64,000 bases of DNA, from positions 35,246-99,245 of the forward strand of contig CAYZTD010000002.1 of the NCBI GenBank assembly GCA_964481275.1. Direction: 5' to 3'. The translations under genes were made by a program, and so were the position numbers. Below, piece by piece: positions 52,236 through 61,878 of the stretch. This DNA is from an uncultured Thermoplasmatales archaeon (GTDB lineage: Archaea; Thermoplasmatota; E2; DHVEG-1). Positions within the stretch are counted from its first letter, which is position 1; each line of letters starts with the position of its first letter. The notes beneath the pieces were generated by a model. It was not told where the DNA came from and did no database searches. It was given only the letters and a program-made list of their open reading frames with translations.

Positions 52236-53261
52236 TCATTCTTTATTGAAAATTTGATTTATTTTTTTCTCTTTTCTGTCTTTTCCACCATTTTTGTGAT
52301 AAACATAGCTTGCAAGTAAAGGAAATGTTACTGTAGCTTCTCCATATACCATTTGTTCAAACCCGCTATCTACTTTACCCCAACTATTTGCTTCTTTTAG
52401 AGTGCTTCCTGAAAGTGCGCCATCTCTTTCATCTGCAACTGTTAATTGTATTGCATATTTGTGCATAGGTGTGTCCTTTCCGATTATATCTGCTGCTACA
52501 ACCGTATCTTGAACAAAATTCTTTGGAACGCCTCCACCAATCATTACAATTCCAGTATCCTCTGCTTTGACTTTTATTTGTGTTAATTCCCTGAAATCCT
52601 TTACACTATCTATTGTAACACTATTTTCTTTTTTTTCTGTTTGATGAAAAACAAGACCAAAACCAGCACTACTATCAGAAAAAGCGGGACAAAAAATAGG
52701 GACTTCTTTTTTATATACTTCATGTACAAAAGAGTCTTTTTTCCCGTTTTTATCTAGATACTTTCCCATTTCATATATAAATTCACGGGAACTATATGCA
52801 CCTGGATTCATCGAATCTGCAATTTTTTTGATTGTCATATCGCATACACGCAAATCTTCTTCGTCAATAAATGTATCATATATGCGATCTATCATAAGTT
52901 TTCTTAATTCATCATCATCTGCATTTGCAAAACCATGATAATGGTTAAATCCAAGTCCTTCAAAAAAATCCTGATCAACAACTACAGCACCAGTTGAAAC
53001 AATTGTATCTATCATGTTGTTTTTAATCAAATCAATTATTATTTTCTTAAGACCTGCAGAAACTAAAGAGCCAGCAAGACAAAGTATAATTGTACAATTT
53101 TTATCTTTTAACATCATCTCAAAAATATCACAGGCACGAGCTAGATTTCTTGATTGAAAAGACATTTTTTTATAGGAATCTATTAGAGGAACAGCATTGA
53201 ATTTTTTAATATCAATATGTTCTATTTTTTTACTTAACAAATCATTTTTATTGTATCTCAT
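52236..53261 (-). CDS. dys: deoxyhypusine synthase
   Basis: 341 aa with full-length DHS family similarity (GGGVPKNFVQD; AIQLTVADERDGALSGSTLKEANSWGKV, which includes the catalytic Lys region). Confidence 0.9.
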   Translation of the reverse strand: MRYNKNDLLSKKIEHIDIKKFNAVPLIDSYKKMSFQSRNLARACDIFEMMLKDKNCTIILCLAGSLVSAGLKKIIIDLIKNNMIDTIVSTGAVVVDQDFFEGLGFNHYHGFANADDDELRKLMIDRIYDTFIDEEDLRVCDMTIKKIADSMNPGAYSSREFIYEMGKYLDKNGKKDSFVHEVYKKEVPIFCPAFSDSSAGFGLVFHQTEKKENSVTIDSVKDFRELTQIKVKAEDTGIVMIGGGVPKNFVQDTVVAADIIGKDTPMHKYAIQLTVADERDGALSGSTLKEANSWGKVDSGFEQMVYGEATVTFPLLASYVYHKNGGKDRKEKKINQIFNKE

Positions 53262-53341
53262 AAAAACTAGGTATTATAATAGGGTTTTTTTAACTTTCTA
53301 CAGTAACATTTAAACCAGTTCTACTTTTACGGTTTTTTCAT

Positions 53342-53758
53342 ATGCATGAATGGGCACTAGCTGAGTCAATACTTGTATCAAGTATTGAGGCAGCTGAAAA
53401 AGAAAAATTGAAAAAAATTACAAAAATTACTGTGCAACTAGGAGAACTTCAACAGATAAACAAAGAAATCTTTCAAAAAGCAATAGATGATTTGATGAGT
53501 GCACATAAAAATAAATTACTAGAAAAAACAGAAATCAAAATAGATATAGAAGAGACAGAATTGAGATGTAACAACTGTGAAAACACCTGGAAATTTAGTG
53601 AATTTAAAAATAAACTCAACAAAGATGAATCAGAAGCAATACATTTCATTCCAGAAGTAGCTTTTGTACATAGTAGATGTCCTAAATGTGGTAGCCCTGA
53701 TTTTGAGATTGAAAAAGGAAGAGGAGTATCAATAACAGAGATAAAAGGAGAAAAATAA
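53342..53758 (+). CDS. hypA: hydrogenase/urease nickel-incorporation metallochaperone HypA
   Basis: MHEWALAESIL N-terminus with the Ni-binding MHE. Zinc ribbon CNNC...CPKC. Confidence 0.8.
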   Translation: MHEWALAESILVSSIEAAEKEKLKKITKITVQLGELQQINKEIFQKAIDDLMSAHKNKLLEKTEIKIDIEETELRCNNCENTWKFSEFKNKLNKDESEAIHFIPEVAFVHSRCPKCGSPDFEIEKGRGVSITEIKGEK

Positions 53759-54486
53759 TGGAGCCAAGAATCAGTGTTATAAAAAACAGACTTAAAAATA
53801 TAGATAAAATAATCTCAGTTTCAAGCGGGAAAGGAGGTGTTGGAAAAAGTTTAGTGGCATCAACTCTAGCATTAAACCTTTCAAAAAAGAATAAAAAAGT
53901 AGGACTTTTAGATCTTGATTTATATGGTCCCTCTTCTCATATAATATTGGGATTTGATAAATTTAATTTCCCAGAAGAAAAAAATGGGATTCTCCCTCCA
54001 AAAATAAAAGATATTAAGTTTATGAGTATAGTAATATTCACAGAAGATAAACCATCTGCTTTTAGAGGTATAGATATAACAAATATAATAATTGAATTAC
54101 TTGCAATTACTCAATGGGGAAAGCTTGATTATTTAATTATTGATATGCCTCCAGGAATAGGAGATGAAACACTAGATGTTATAAATCTAGTTAAAGATAG
54201 TTCTTTTTTAGTTGTAACTACACCTTCAAAAGTATCTATGGGATCAGTAGGAAAATTATTACAAGTTTTAAAAGAATTAAATCTTCCTATTTTAGGCGTT
54301 ATTGAAAACATGAAAATAAAACCTGGAGATTATATAAAAAATACTATTGAAAATATGGATATCAGATATCTGGGATCAGTTGATTTTGATAAAAATTTAG
54401 AAGAAGCTATTGGAAAACCAGATATGCTTTTAAAAACAATTTTTTTTAAAGATATAGAAAATATAATAAAAAAATTAGAAAAATAA
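53758..54486 (+). CDS. Mrp/NBP35 (ApbC/MinD-superfamily) P-loop ATPase
   Basis: Deviant Walker A SSGKGGVGKS. Translationally coupled to hypA (ATG overlaps the hypA stop). Confidence 0.85.
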   Translation: MEPRISVIKNRLKNIDKIISVSSGKGGVGKSLVASTLALNLSKKNKKVGLLDLDLYGPSSHIILGFDKFNFPEEKNGILPPKIKDIKFMSIVIFTEDKPSAFRGIDITNIIIELLAITQWGKLDYLIIDMPPGIGDETLDVINLVKDSSFLVVTTPSKVSMGSVGKLLQVLKELNLPILGVIENMKIKPGDYIKNTIENMDIRYLGSVDFDKNLEEAIGKPDMLLKTIFFKDIENIIKKLEK

Positions 54487-54500
54487 AAATTTATAAGATA

Positions 54501-56180
54501 TTATTTTTCTAAGTCAAAAGGAGATATATATTCTCCATATTTTTCCTTATATTTTTGCAATCGGTTTTTTTGTTTTTCTAATTCATCAAAAACAATATCT
54601 GGTGTGTCTTCAACTCTTTCTGTAAATATTTTTTTCATTCTTTCTATTTTAGAAAGATTTTCAGGAATACGGATAGTAAATTGTTCAACATAATCTTCTT
54701 TTTTGTATTCCTTTTTGAGAACCTGTTTAAATAATCTTTTAAGATCATCATACATGGGTATAAAACCTGTAGGAGTTTTGATAGCTTCTGCATCGCCATT
54801 TACCCTTAGATCCATCCATTTCAGCCATACACGTTTATCATTTTTATCATTTAACCAGTTTCCATTTTTATCCTGTATAAAATAGTTTACTGCAAAGATG
54901 TGAGGTTTTTTGTTTGTTTGTTCTCCAAAATCAAGATTGTTTTGAATATATCTTCCAATTGGTAATGAAAGGAAATCAATATTTGACATAGGGTTGAAAA
55001 CACGCACCCCTTCTTTTCCTAGAGTTGCAGCTGTAGTTTCAGATTCAAGACATGCACCATACATAATTATTCCATGTGACCAATCAAAAGCTTCTTTGAC
55101 TGGAACAGAAGTATCAGAATCTCTTCCACCATATATCATACCGTTTAAATCTACACCTTGCGGGTCATGAAGTTTTTTATCTACATTCTCAAGTATGTCT
55201 AGTCTAAATGTAAAACGTGCATTTTTGTGAGATGGCTTTATTTCATTTCCATCTTTATCCTTTTTTCCTTTGTACCATTTTCCTGAGTGATTTACACCTT
55301 TCTCAGGAATTTTTCCAGGTTTATCGTTCCAATAATTCTTTTTTTCCTCTGTAACAAGCTGATTTGTGAAAATAACTTCATTTGGATTGGTGATTGCTTT
55401 CCATTGTATGGGGTCATCATCAGGATTTATTCCTTCAATTATTCCAAAAATTCCAGATTCGACGTTAACTGCTTTTGATACACTATTGATATTTCTTATA
55501 TATGCAATATCATCTCCAACAATTGTTTCTCCTTCTACCATTGCAGTTGAAGTTTTACCACACATAGATGGAAATGCTCCAGTAAAATAACTCACACGAT
55601 TATTTGGTCCATGTACACCCATAACAAGCATATGTTCAGTAAGCCACCCTTCTTTATCTGCAAGATTTATTGCAAGACGCATGGCTAGTTTTTTTAATCC
55701 TATTGTATTTCCACCATATTGGGTATTTGCACTGTATACTACATCACCTTCTAAATCAATATATACGCGTCTTTTCTCTATATTTTTACTTACAAGAAGT
55801 CCAAGCCCTGCTTCTTCTAACTCCCCAGCAGAGTGTACAAATTTAAAGAATTCTTCTCCTTCTTTTTGTTTCAGAAATTCTTTGTAACCCTGGCGGTAAA
55901 GTAAGTCTTCGCTATGGGCGACATAAGCAGAATCAGTAAGTTGTAAACATGGAATAGAAAATGGTGAATCAGTAGGTCCAAGACAAAAGAACTTGATATG
56001 CAGTTCATGTCCATCCATGATGTTATCCATTATTTCATGTATCTCTTCTAATCCTTCTTTTCTATTCATGGAATTTAGTTCAGGTCCAAGATCCTCTCCA
56101 GGTTTTAAAAGAAATTTAGTACGTTTTTTATCCCTTGCTTGATCATTATATCCATCAAAATGAATTGTATGATTTTCCAT
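54501..56180 (-). CDS. pckG: phosphoenolpyruvate carboxykinase (GTP)
   Basis: Kinase-1a/P-loop region (FPSMCGKTSTAM). Full-length GTP-PEPCK similarity. The conserved N-terminal segment continues in frame upstream to 56405 with no ATG/GTG/TTG, so the true start is uncertain. Confidence 0.85.
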   Translation of the reverse strand: MENHTIHFDGYNDQARDKKRTKFLLKPGEDLGPELNSMNRKEGLEEIHEIMDNIMDGHELHIKFFCLGPTDSPFSIPCLQLTDSAYVAHSEDLLYRQGYKEFLKQKEGEEFFKFVHSAGELEEAGLGLLVSKNIEKRRVYIDLEGDVVYSANTQYGGNTIGLKKLAMRLAINLADKEGWLTEHMLVMGVHGPNNRVSYFTGAFPSMCGKTSTAMVEGETIVGDDIAYIRNINSVSKAVNVESGIFGIIEGINPDDDPIQWKAITNPNEVIFTNQLVTEEKKNYWNDKPGKIPEKGVNHSGKWYKGKKDKDGNEIKPSHKNARFTFRLDILENVDKKLHDPQGVDLNGMIYGGRDSDTSVPVKEAFDWSHGIIMYGACLESETTAATLGKEGVRVFNPMSNIDFLSLPIGRYIQNNLDFGEQTNKKPHIFAVNYFIQDKNGNWLNDKNDKRVWLKWMDLRVNGDAEAIKTPTGFIPMYDDLKRLFKQVLKKEYKKEDYVEQFTIRIPENLSKIERMKKIFTERVEDTPDIVFDELEKQKNRLQKYKEKYGEYISPFDLEK

Positions 56181-56496
56181 TGCAAGTTTAACTTCTTCAT
56201 TATTACGAATTGCAGCTTCTCTAGTCCTATCAATATCTTCTTTTGAATCTGTGTAGATACTTACTATTTTAGGATTACAGTGTTCTACATATTTTGCAAT
56301 AAAATCATGAACTTTAGAATTTTTAATTTTTTCTAATTTTAAAAAATCTTCTCTTTCAAGTCTTTCTTTAAGATAATCTAAGGATTTACTAATTTTAATT
56401 CCTCCCTATATTTTTTTAGTGGAACATAGAAGGAGTATATAAAATAGAGGGGTATAAAAAACTTAAAAGAGCGTTTTTTATATACAAACATTTCCT

Positions 56497-56898
56497 ATGA
56501 AAGGAGTTTACATACTTTTAATTAAAAATAGGGAGGATAGATATATTCAAATCGGAAAGTTAAGAAACATATTTTTTAAAAGAGGTTTTTATGTTTATGT
56601 AGGTAGTGCTTTAAATGGTCTGGAACAAAGAATAAATAGACATCTTAGAATTGATAAAAAGTTACATTGGCATATTGATTATCTTTTAAGAAAATCAGAA
56701 ATTATATCTGTTTTTTACAAAGAAACAAAATCTCAAGAAGAATGTAAAATTGCAAATATTTTTCAGGAAAAACTAGAACTGATCCCTGGTTTTGGATGTA
56801 GCGATTGTAAATGCAAAAGCCATCTGTTTTATGGGGAGCATATAGATATTACAAAAATTACTAAAAAATTAGGTTTGAATATGTATTGTAAATCTTAA
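56497..56898 (+). CDS. DUF123 (GIY-YIG-like / Uri-superfamily) protein
   Basis: GVYILL...YVGSA...RINRHLR...WHIDYLL motifs characteristic of archaeal DUF123. Confidence 0.65.
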   Translation: MKGVYILLIKNREDRYIQIGKLRNIFFKRGFYVYVGSALNGLEQRINRHLRIDKKLHWHIDYLLRKSEIISVFYKETKSQEECKIANIFQEKLELIPGFGCSDCKCKSHLFYGEHIDITKITKKLGLNMYCKS

Positions 56899-56985
56899 TA
56901 TCTACAAAAGATTTTTTCAGTTCTTCAATGATTAACCAAATATTTAATAACTCAAATTTTGTTTTAAAGTGTAACGGAGAAAGAT

Positions 56986-57297
56986 ATGGTAGCTATAATT
57001 TATTCCACATTTAGTGATATAAGAGATGCTAGACGAATAGCAAATACACTAGTTGAAGAACAACTCGTTGCATGTGTTAATATCATTCCAAAAGTAGAAT
57101 CATATTACAAATGGAAAGGGAAAGTTGAAAACGAAAAAGAAATCATAATTATTTCAAAAACAGTTGATAAAAATGTCAAAAAAACGTTAAGGAGAATAAA
57201 AGCACTTCATCCATATGACTTACCAGATATTATAGTAATTCCAATTGTAGGCGGAAACAAAGAATATCTTGATTATATTTCAAATGAGACATCATGA
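56986..57297 (+). CDS. cutA: divalent-cation tolerance protein CutA
   Basis: 103 aa. CutA1 fold signature (LVACVNIIPKVESYYKWKGKVENEKE). Confidence 0.8.
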   Translation: MVAIIYSTFSDIRDARRIANTLVEEQLVACVNIIPKVESYYKWKGKVENEKEIIIISKTVDKNVKKTLRRIKALHPYDLPDIIVIPIVGGNKEYLDYISNETS

Positions 57298-57923
57298 AAT
57301 TAGTATCTTTATTGTCAAGTGGTATTGATTCTCCTGTAGCAACTTATCTTTTATCAAAAAAAGCAAATGAAATTATAATAATTCATGGAAACATAGAGCC
57401 TTTTACTGATAAAAACGATTATAAAAATTTTTTAAAATTAGTAAAACATCTTAAAAAAATTACAGATCCAGAAATAAAGTTGCATTTATTATCCCATGGG
57501 CCAAATCTAGATAAATATATTAAAAATTGTGACAGAAAATATGTTTGTGTCTTTTGTAAAAGAATGCTTCTAAGATACGCAGAAAAGATATCTGAAATAT
57601 ATGGTTTTGATGCAGTTATTATGGGGGATTCTTTAGGACAGGTTGCCTCTCAAACACTTCAAAATATAAATATTATAGATCAAGCTGTAAAAATGCCTGT
57701 ACTACGTCCTTTAATTGGTTTTGATAAACAAGATATAGTATCTATTGCAAAGAAAATAGGAACATATCAATATTCAATTTTACCTTCGAAAGGATGTTCT
57801 GCTGTTCCTAGTAAACCATCGACTGAAGCAAAACTTGAAAAGATAATTGAAGAGGAAAACAAGATTGATATAAAAAAACTAGTTGAAAACAAAGTTAAAA
57901 ATTCAAAAATCATCAAAATTTAA
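57294..57923 (+). CDS. ThiI-type PP-loop ATP pyrophosphatase domain protein (no THUMP domain)
   Basis: Intact PP-loop SSGIDSPVA. Downstream ThiI-specific block CKRMLLRYAEKI...GDSLGQVASQTLQNINIID...LRPLIGFDKQDIVSIAKKIGT aligns with the ThiI catalytic domain. 4-nt overlap with cutA. Confidence 0.6.
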   Translation: MKLVSLLSSGIDSPVATYLLSKKANEIIIIHGNIEPFTDKNDYKNFLKLVKHLKKITDPEIKLHLLSHGPNLDKYIKNCDRKYVCVFCKRMLLRYAEKISEIYGFDAVIMGDSLGQVASQTLQNINIIDQAVKMPVLRPLIGFDKQDIVSIAKKIGTYQYSILPSKGCSAVPSKPSTEAKLEKIIEEENKIDIKKLVENKVKNSKIIKI

Positions 57924-58362
57924 AATCTATTTTTTCACTCCAACCAGAAACAGATTCTGTCTTACAATCCATTTTTTTAATGTACGGCTTTATATCTATT
58001 ACTGGAGTACCCTCTATTGCATCTAAATTTTTGACTTTTAGAATATTTCCATTCCTTTCAATTAATTTTACAACGGAATAACCTATAGGATTTGGATGGT
58101 TCGGAGATCTTGTTACAAATACTCCATGTTTTTTTTCCTCCCAGGGTGTTTGAACAATTAAATTATACCCTTCTGATTTATCAAGCCAATAAAAAAGATG
58201 TACATGAGAAAAATCTTCAATATCTTTAAGCCCCTCAACAAAATCTTTTTCTATTTCAATTTCACATATCTCGTCGGTACCCTGTCTAGGAGCTTCGCTT
58301 CTTGTTTTAAATGGAGAATGAACTATACCTAGAATTTTTAGATCAATATTTATTTTTCTCAT
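57913..58362 (-). CDS. TsaA/YaeB-family SAM-dependent methyltransferase
   Basis: N-terminal LGIVHSPFKTRSEAPRQG motif typical of TsaA-like tRNA methyltransferases. Confidence 0.7.
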   Translation of the reverse strand: MRKINIDLKILGIVHSPFKTRSEAPRQGTDEICEIEIEKDFVEGLKDIEDFSHVHLFYWLDKSEGYNLIVQTPWEEKKHGVFVTRSPNHPNPIGYSVVKLIERNGNILKVKNLDAIEGTPVIDIKPYIKKMDCKTESVSGWSEKIDFKF

Positions 58363-59123
58363 TTTCCTCTTCTTCTTTTAAATAACTCGATTTTATCCAA
58401 AGGATCTGTCATTGGTTTTTCGCTATGATAAACATTTATTGTATTTAAACCATCAAATTTTTTTTCTATTTCATCTAGTTCTTTTACAGAAAGTGGTTTT
58501 TCTTTGCATGGTCTGAGAGGAGTATTAATTTGCACTTCATCTGGATTTATTTCTCTTATTATTTTAGTAATTTCTTCTGCATAATCTTTATTTTTATCAA
58601 TAAACATAGTTTGAATTGTAAATTTTCCTTTGAAGTCTTTTTTCATTTTTTTAATACCCTCAACTGTTTTATCAAATGTAATGTCTTTTACTGGATGATT
58701 TATTTTCTCAAATATTTCTTGATTGTAGGCATCTAATTTTGCAACTATTATATCAATTTTTGATAGTGCTTTTCTTACATCTATGTCGAAAAGAAGAGTT
58801 GAATTTGTAAGTATAGCGATGGGAAGATTTGATATTTCTTTTATTTTATCTATTGCTTCATTAATATTTTTTGCTAGTGTTGGTTCTCCTGTGCCGGAAA
58901 GAGTTATTACATCAGGTTTAGTTTTTACTAAAGCATCAGTTAGTTCACCTTCTAGTTTATCAATAGAAATAAAGTTTCTTCTATCTATTGTGTGTTTCTC
59001 TGTTTCTTCTAGTTGACAGTAAATACATTCAAAAGAACATATCTTTTTAGTTGAACATATCAAATCAACACCTAGTGAGCTTCCAAGTCGCCAGGATGAG
59101 ACTGGGCCGTATACAATGTTCAT
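58359..59123 (-). CDS. radical SAM protein (uncharacterised subfamily)
   Basis: CxxxCxxC cluster (CSFECIYC) preceded by YGPVSSWRLGSSLGVDL. 4-nt overlap with the downstream TsaA-like gene. Confidence 0.7.
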   Translation of the reverse strand: MNIVYGPVSSWRLGSSLGVDLICSTKKICSFECIYCQLEETEKHTIDRRNFISIDKLEGELTDALVKTKPDVITLSGTGEPTLAKNINEAIDKIKEISNLPIAILTNSTLLFDIDVRKALSKIDIIVAKLDAYNQEIFEKINHPVKDITFDKTVEGIKKMKKDFKGKFTIQTMFIDKNKDYAEEITKIIREINPDEVQINTPLRPCKEKPLSVKELDEIEKKFDGLNTINVYHSEKPMTDPLDKIELFKRRRGK

Positions 59124-59340
59124 GTATTTTTGTCAATATTGTATGATATATTAATCTTATGAAAATAGAAAAAAACATTTTTTTTCATAACAAATTTTTT
59201 GTTTTTCAGTTGTTTTCGTTACAAATATTATTTATATATTACTTTACAATAAAAATATATTATGATATTTATTTTAACTAAAATGGAAATCTTTATATAT
59301 GCATCTATTATACAACATAATGTAGAATTTGATTTTAAAT

Positions 59341-59356
59341 ATACAATATATTGTAT
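59341..59356. promoter_or_regulatory. NrdR-box (perfect 16-bp palindrome ATACAATATATTGTAT)
   Basis: Matches the bacterial NrdR-box consensus acaCwAtATaTwGtgt in its core. Lies between a TTTATATA box (59293-59300) and the nrdR ATG (59382). A weaker related imperfect palindrome is centred about 29 bp upstream (59311-59327). Confidence 0.6.
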
Positions 59357-59381
59357 CTTGTGTTTATCTGGTGAGTATGGA

Positions 59382-59861
59382 ATGGAATGCCCTTATTGTA
59401 AAAATACTGAAACAAAAGTCACTGATTCACGTGACACAGGAGCACTTTCAATTAGACGTAGACGGGAGTGTCTCTCTTGTAAAAAAAGATTCACTACATA
59501 TGAGCATATAGAAATGCAACCAATCTATGTAATTAAAAAGGATGGGCGAAGAGAAAATTTTGAACGAAATAAAATTAAGAAAGGAATTATGAAAGCAATT
59601 GAGAAAAGACCTGTTACTCATGAACAAATTGAGGAAATTCTTGATGATATAGAAGAGCGCATTAGACGAAACGGATCTGAAGATATAGAAAGCAAAAAAA
59701 TTGGAGAATATGTAATGGATTCTCTAAAAAAAACAGATGATGTAGCCTATATAAGATTTGCATCAGTATACCGGAGTTTTGCCGATATTTCCTCATTTGA
59801 AGAAGAGATTAAAAACCTAACAAAACAAAACGTTATAGGAGGAATAAACAAAAATGATTAG
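59382..59861 (+). CDS. nrdR: transcriptional repressor NrdR
   Basis: N-terminal zinc ribbon MECPYCKN...CLSCKKRF plus an ATP-cone domain. GGTGAG Shine-Dalgarno 6 nt upstream. The ORF-track N-terminal extension (59262-59381) is promoter DNA. Confidence 0.85.
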   Translation: MECPYCKNTETKVTDSRDTGALSIRRRRECLSCKKRFTTYEHIEMQPIYVIKKDGRRENFERNKIKKGIMKAIEKRPVTHEQIEEILDDIEERIRRNGSEDIESKKIGEYVMDSLKKTDDVAYIRFASVYRSFADISSFEEEIKNLTKQNVIGGINKND

Positions 59862-61878
59862 AAAAATAAGAAAACGCGATGGGAAAATAGAGGATTTTAA
59901 CCCAATAAGAATTACAAACGCTATTTGGAAAGCAGCACAAGCAGTAGGTGGTAAAGATCACCGAAAAGCAGCAGAACTTACCGATAATGTCCTTACAAGA
60001 CTGGAAAGCATCTTAGATAAAGGAGAAATGCCCACAGTTGAACAAGTACAAGACTGTGTTGAAAAAGTACTAATTGAAGAAGGACACGCAAAAACAGCAA
60101 AAGCATATATCTTGTATCGTCACCAACACAAAGAAATAAGAGAAATTGGGGGGCTTTTAAAAGATATAGATGTTGTAGATGGATATCTTTCTATGATGGA
60201 CTGGAAGGTAAAAGAAAACAGTAATATGAGTTATAGTCTACAAGGGTTAAATGTTTATGCAACAGAAAATATAATCTCTCATTATTGGCTGAATAAAATT
60301 TATCCACCTGAGATAGGAGATTCACATACAAATGGGGACTATCATATTCATGATCTTGGTACACTTGGTGCATACTGCGTGGGCTGGGATTTAAAAGACA
60401 TATTATTAAAAGGGTTCAAAGGAGTTGCTGGAAAAATAGAAAGTAAACCAGCAAAACATTTTGGAACAGCTCTAATGCAGATTGTAAACTATCTATATAC
60501 TCTGCAGGGAGAAGCAGCAGGTGCTCAAGCTCTTTCAAACTTTGACACGCTACTTGCACCATTCATCAGATTTGATGGATTAAAATATAACGATGTCAAA
60601 CAAGAAATGCAAAAATTTCTATTTAACATGAATGTGCCTACAAGAGTTGGCTTTCAGTCTCCTTTTAGTAACATTACAATGGATCTAAATGTTCCAAGCT
60701 ATATGTTAGATGAACCATCAATAATTGCAGGTGAATTAAAAGATGAAAATTATAGTGATTTTGAAAATGAGATGGATATGATAAACCATGCCTTTGCAGA
60801 TATAATGTATGAGGGAGACGCCAAGGGAAGACCTTTTACTTTTCCAATTCCGACATATAACATTACAAAAGATTTTAACTGGGATAATGAAGGCCTTGAT
60901 CCAATATGGAAGATGACTGCAAAATATGGAGTTCCATATTTTTCAAATTTTATAAATTCAGATATGAAACCTGATGATGCAAGAAGTATGTGTTGCAGAC
61001 TTAGACTTGATAATAGAGAACTTAGAAAAAGAGGTGGAGGCCTTTTTGGTGCAAATCCAAAAACAGGTTCAATTGGTGTTGTAACAATAAATATGCCAAG
61101 AATAGGTTATGTATCTAAAAATGAAGATGAGTTTTTAGAAAGATTAAATCATTTTATGGATCTTGCTAAAGAAAGCCTTGAAATCAAAAGAGAAGTAATA
61201 GAAAATCTTACTTCTACTGGTTTGCATCCATATTCAAAGTTTTATCTTTCAGATGTAAAAGAAACATTTGGAGAATACTGGAAAAACCATTTTTCAACAA
61301 TAGGTCTTATTGGTATGAATGATGCATTGCTAAACTTTATGAACAAAAGTATTGCAGATAAAGAAGGAAAAGCATTTGCTGAAAAAGTAATGAATCATAT
61401 GCGTGATAGACTGGCTGATTATCAAGAAGAAACAGGAAATATTTTCAACCTTGAAGCAACCCCTGCAGAGGGTGCCAGCTATAGAATTGCAAGAGCTGAC
61501 AAAAGAAAATATCCTGATATAAGAATCTACAATCAAGAAAAATATAACAACAATGGAGATAAAGTAGAACCATACTACACAAATTCAACACAGCTACCAT
61601 CAGGTTATACATCAGATGTTTTTGAAGCATTAGATCTACAAGATTCACTGCAATCTAAATATACTGGAGGAACTGTTCTACATATATTTTTAGGAGAATC
61701 TGATCCAGATCCAAATTCTACAAAAAATTTCATAAGAAAAGTAGCAGAAAACTATACTCTTCCTTACTATACAATCACACCAACTTTTAGTATATGTCCT
61801 AAACATGGATATATCCCTGGAAAACATGAATATTGTCCTAAATGTGATGAAGAATTAGGTTATAAAGGAGGGAATTAA
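59854..61878 (+). CDS. nrdD: anaerobic ribonucleoside-triphosphate reductase (class III), large part lacking the glycyl-radical segment
   Basis: 674 aa. ATP-cone N-terminus, class-III RNR core, and a C-terminal Cys/His metal site (ICPKHG...CPKC). It ends at TAA immediately before the in-frame glycyl-radical ORF. Overlaps nrdR by 8 nt. Confidence 0.9.
   Translation: MIRKIRKRDGKIEDFNPIRITNAIWKAAQAVGGKDHRKAAELTDNVLTRLESILDKGEMPTVEQVQDCVEKVLIEEGHAKTAKAYILYRHQHKEIREIGGLLKDIDVVDGYLSMMDWKVKENSNMSYSLQGLNVYATENIISHYWLNKIYPPEIGDSHTNGDYHIHDLGTLGAYCVGWDLKDILLKGFKGVAGKIESKPAKHFGTALMQIVNYLYTLQGEAAGAQALSNFDTLLAPFIRFDGLKYNDVKQEMQKFLFNMNVPTRVGFQSPFSNITMDLNVPSYMLDEPSIIAGELKDENYSDFENEMDMINHAFADIMYEGDAKGRPFTFPIPTYNITKDFNWDNEGLDPIWKMTAKYGVPYFSNFINSDMKPDDARSMCCRLRLDNRELRKRGGGLFGANPKTGSIGVVTINMPRIGYVSKNEDEFLERLNHFMDLAKESLEIKREVIENLTSTGLHPYSKFYLSDVKETFGEYWKNHFSTIGLIGMNDALLNFMNKSIADKEGKAFAEKVMNHMRDRLADYQEETGNIFNLEATPAEGASYRIARADKRKYPDIRIYNQEKYNNNGDKVEPYYTNSTQLPSGYTSDVFEALDLQDSLQSKYTGGTVLHIFLGESDPDPNSTKNFIRKVAENYTLPYYTITPTFSICPKHGYIPGKHEYCPKCDEELGYKGGN

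Noticed and set aside
59262-59381. N-terminal 40-aa extension of the NrdR ORF given in the ORF track
   Set aside because: The region contains the TATA box and the NrdR-box palindrome and has no coding signal. The conserved MECPYC zinc ribbon with a GGTGAG Shine-Dalgarno starts at 59382.
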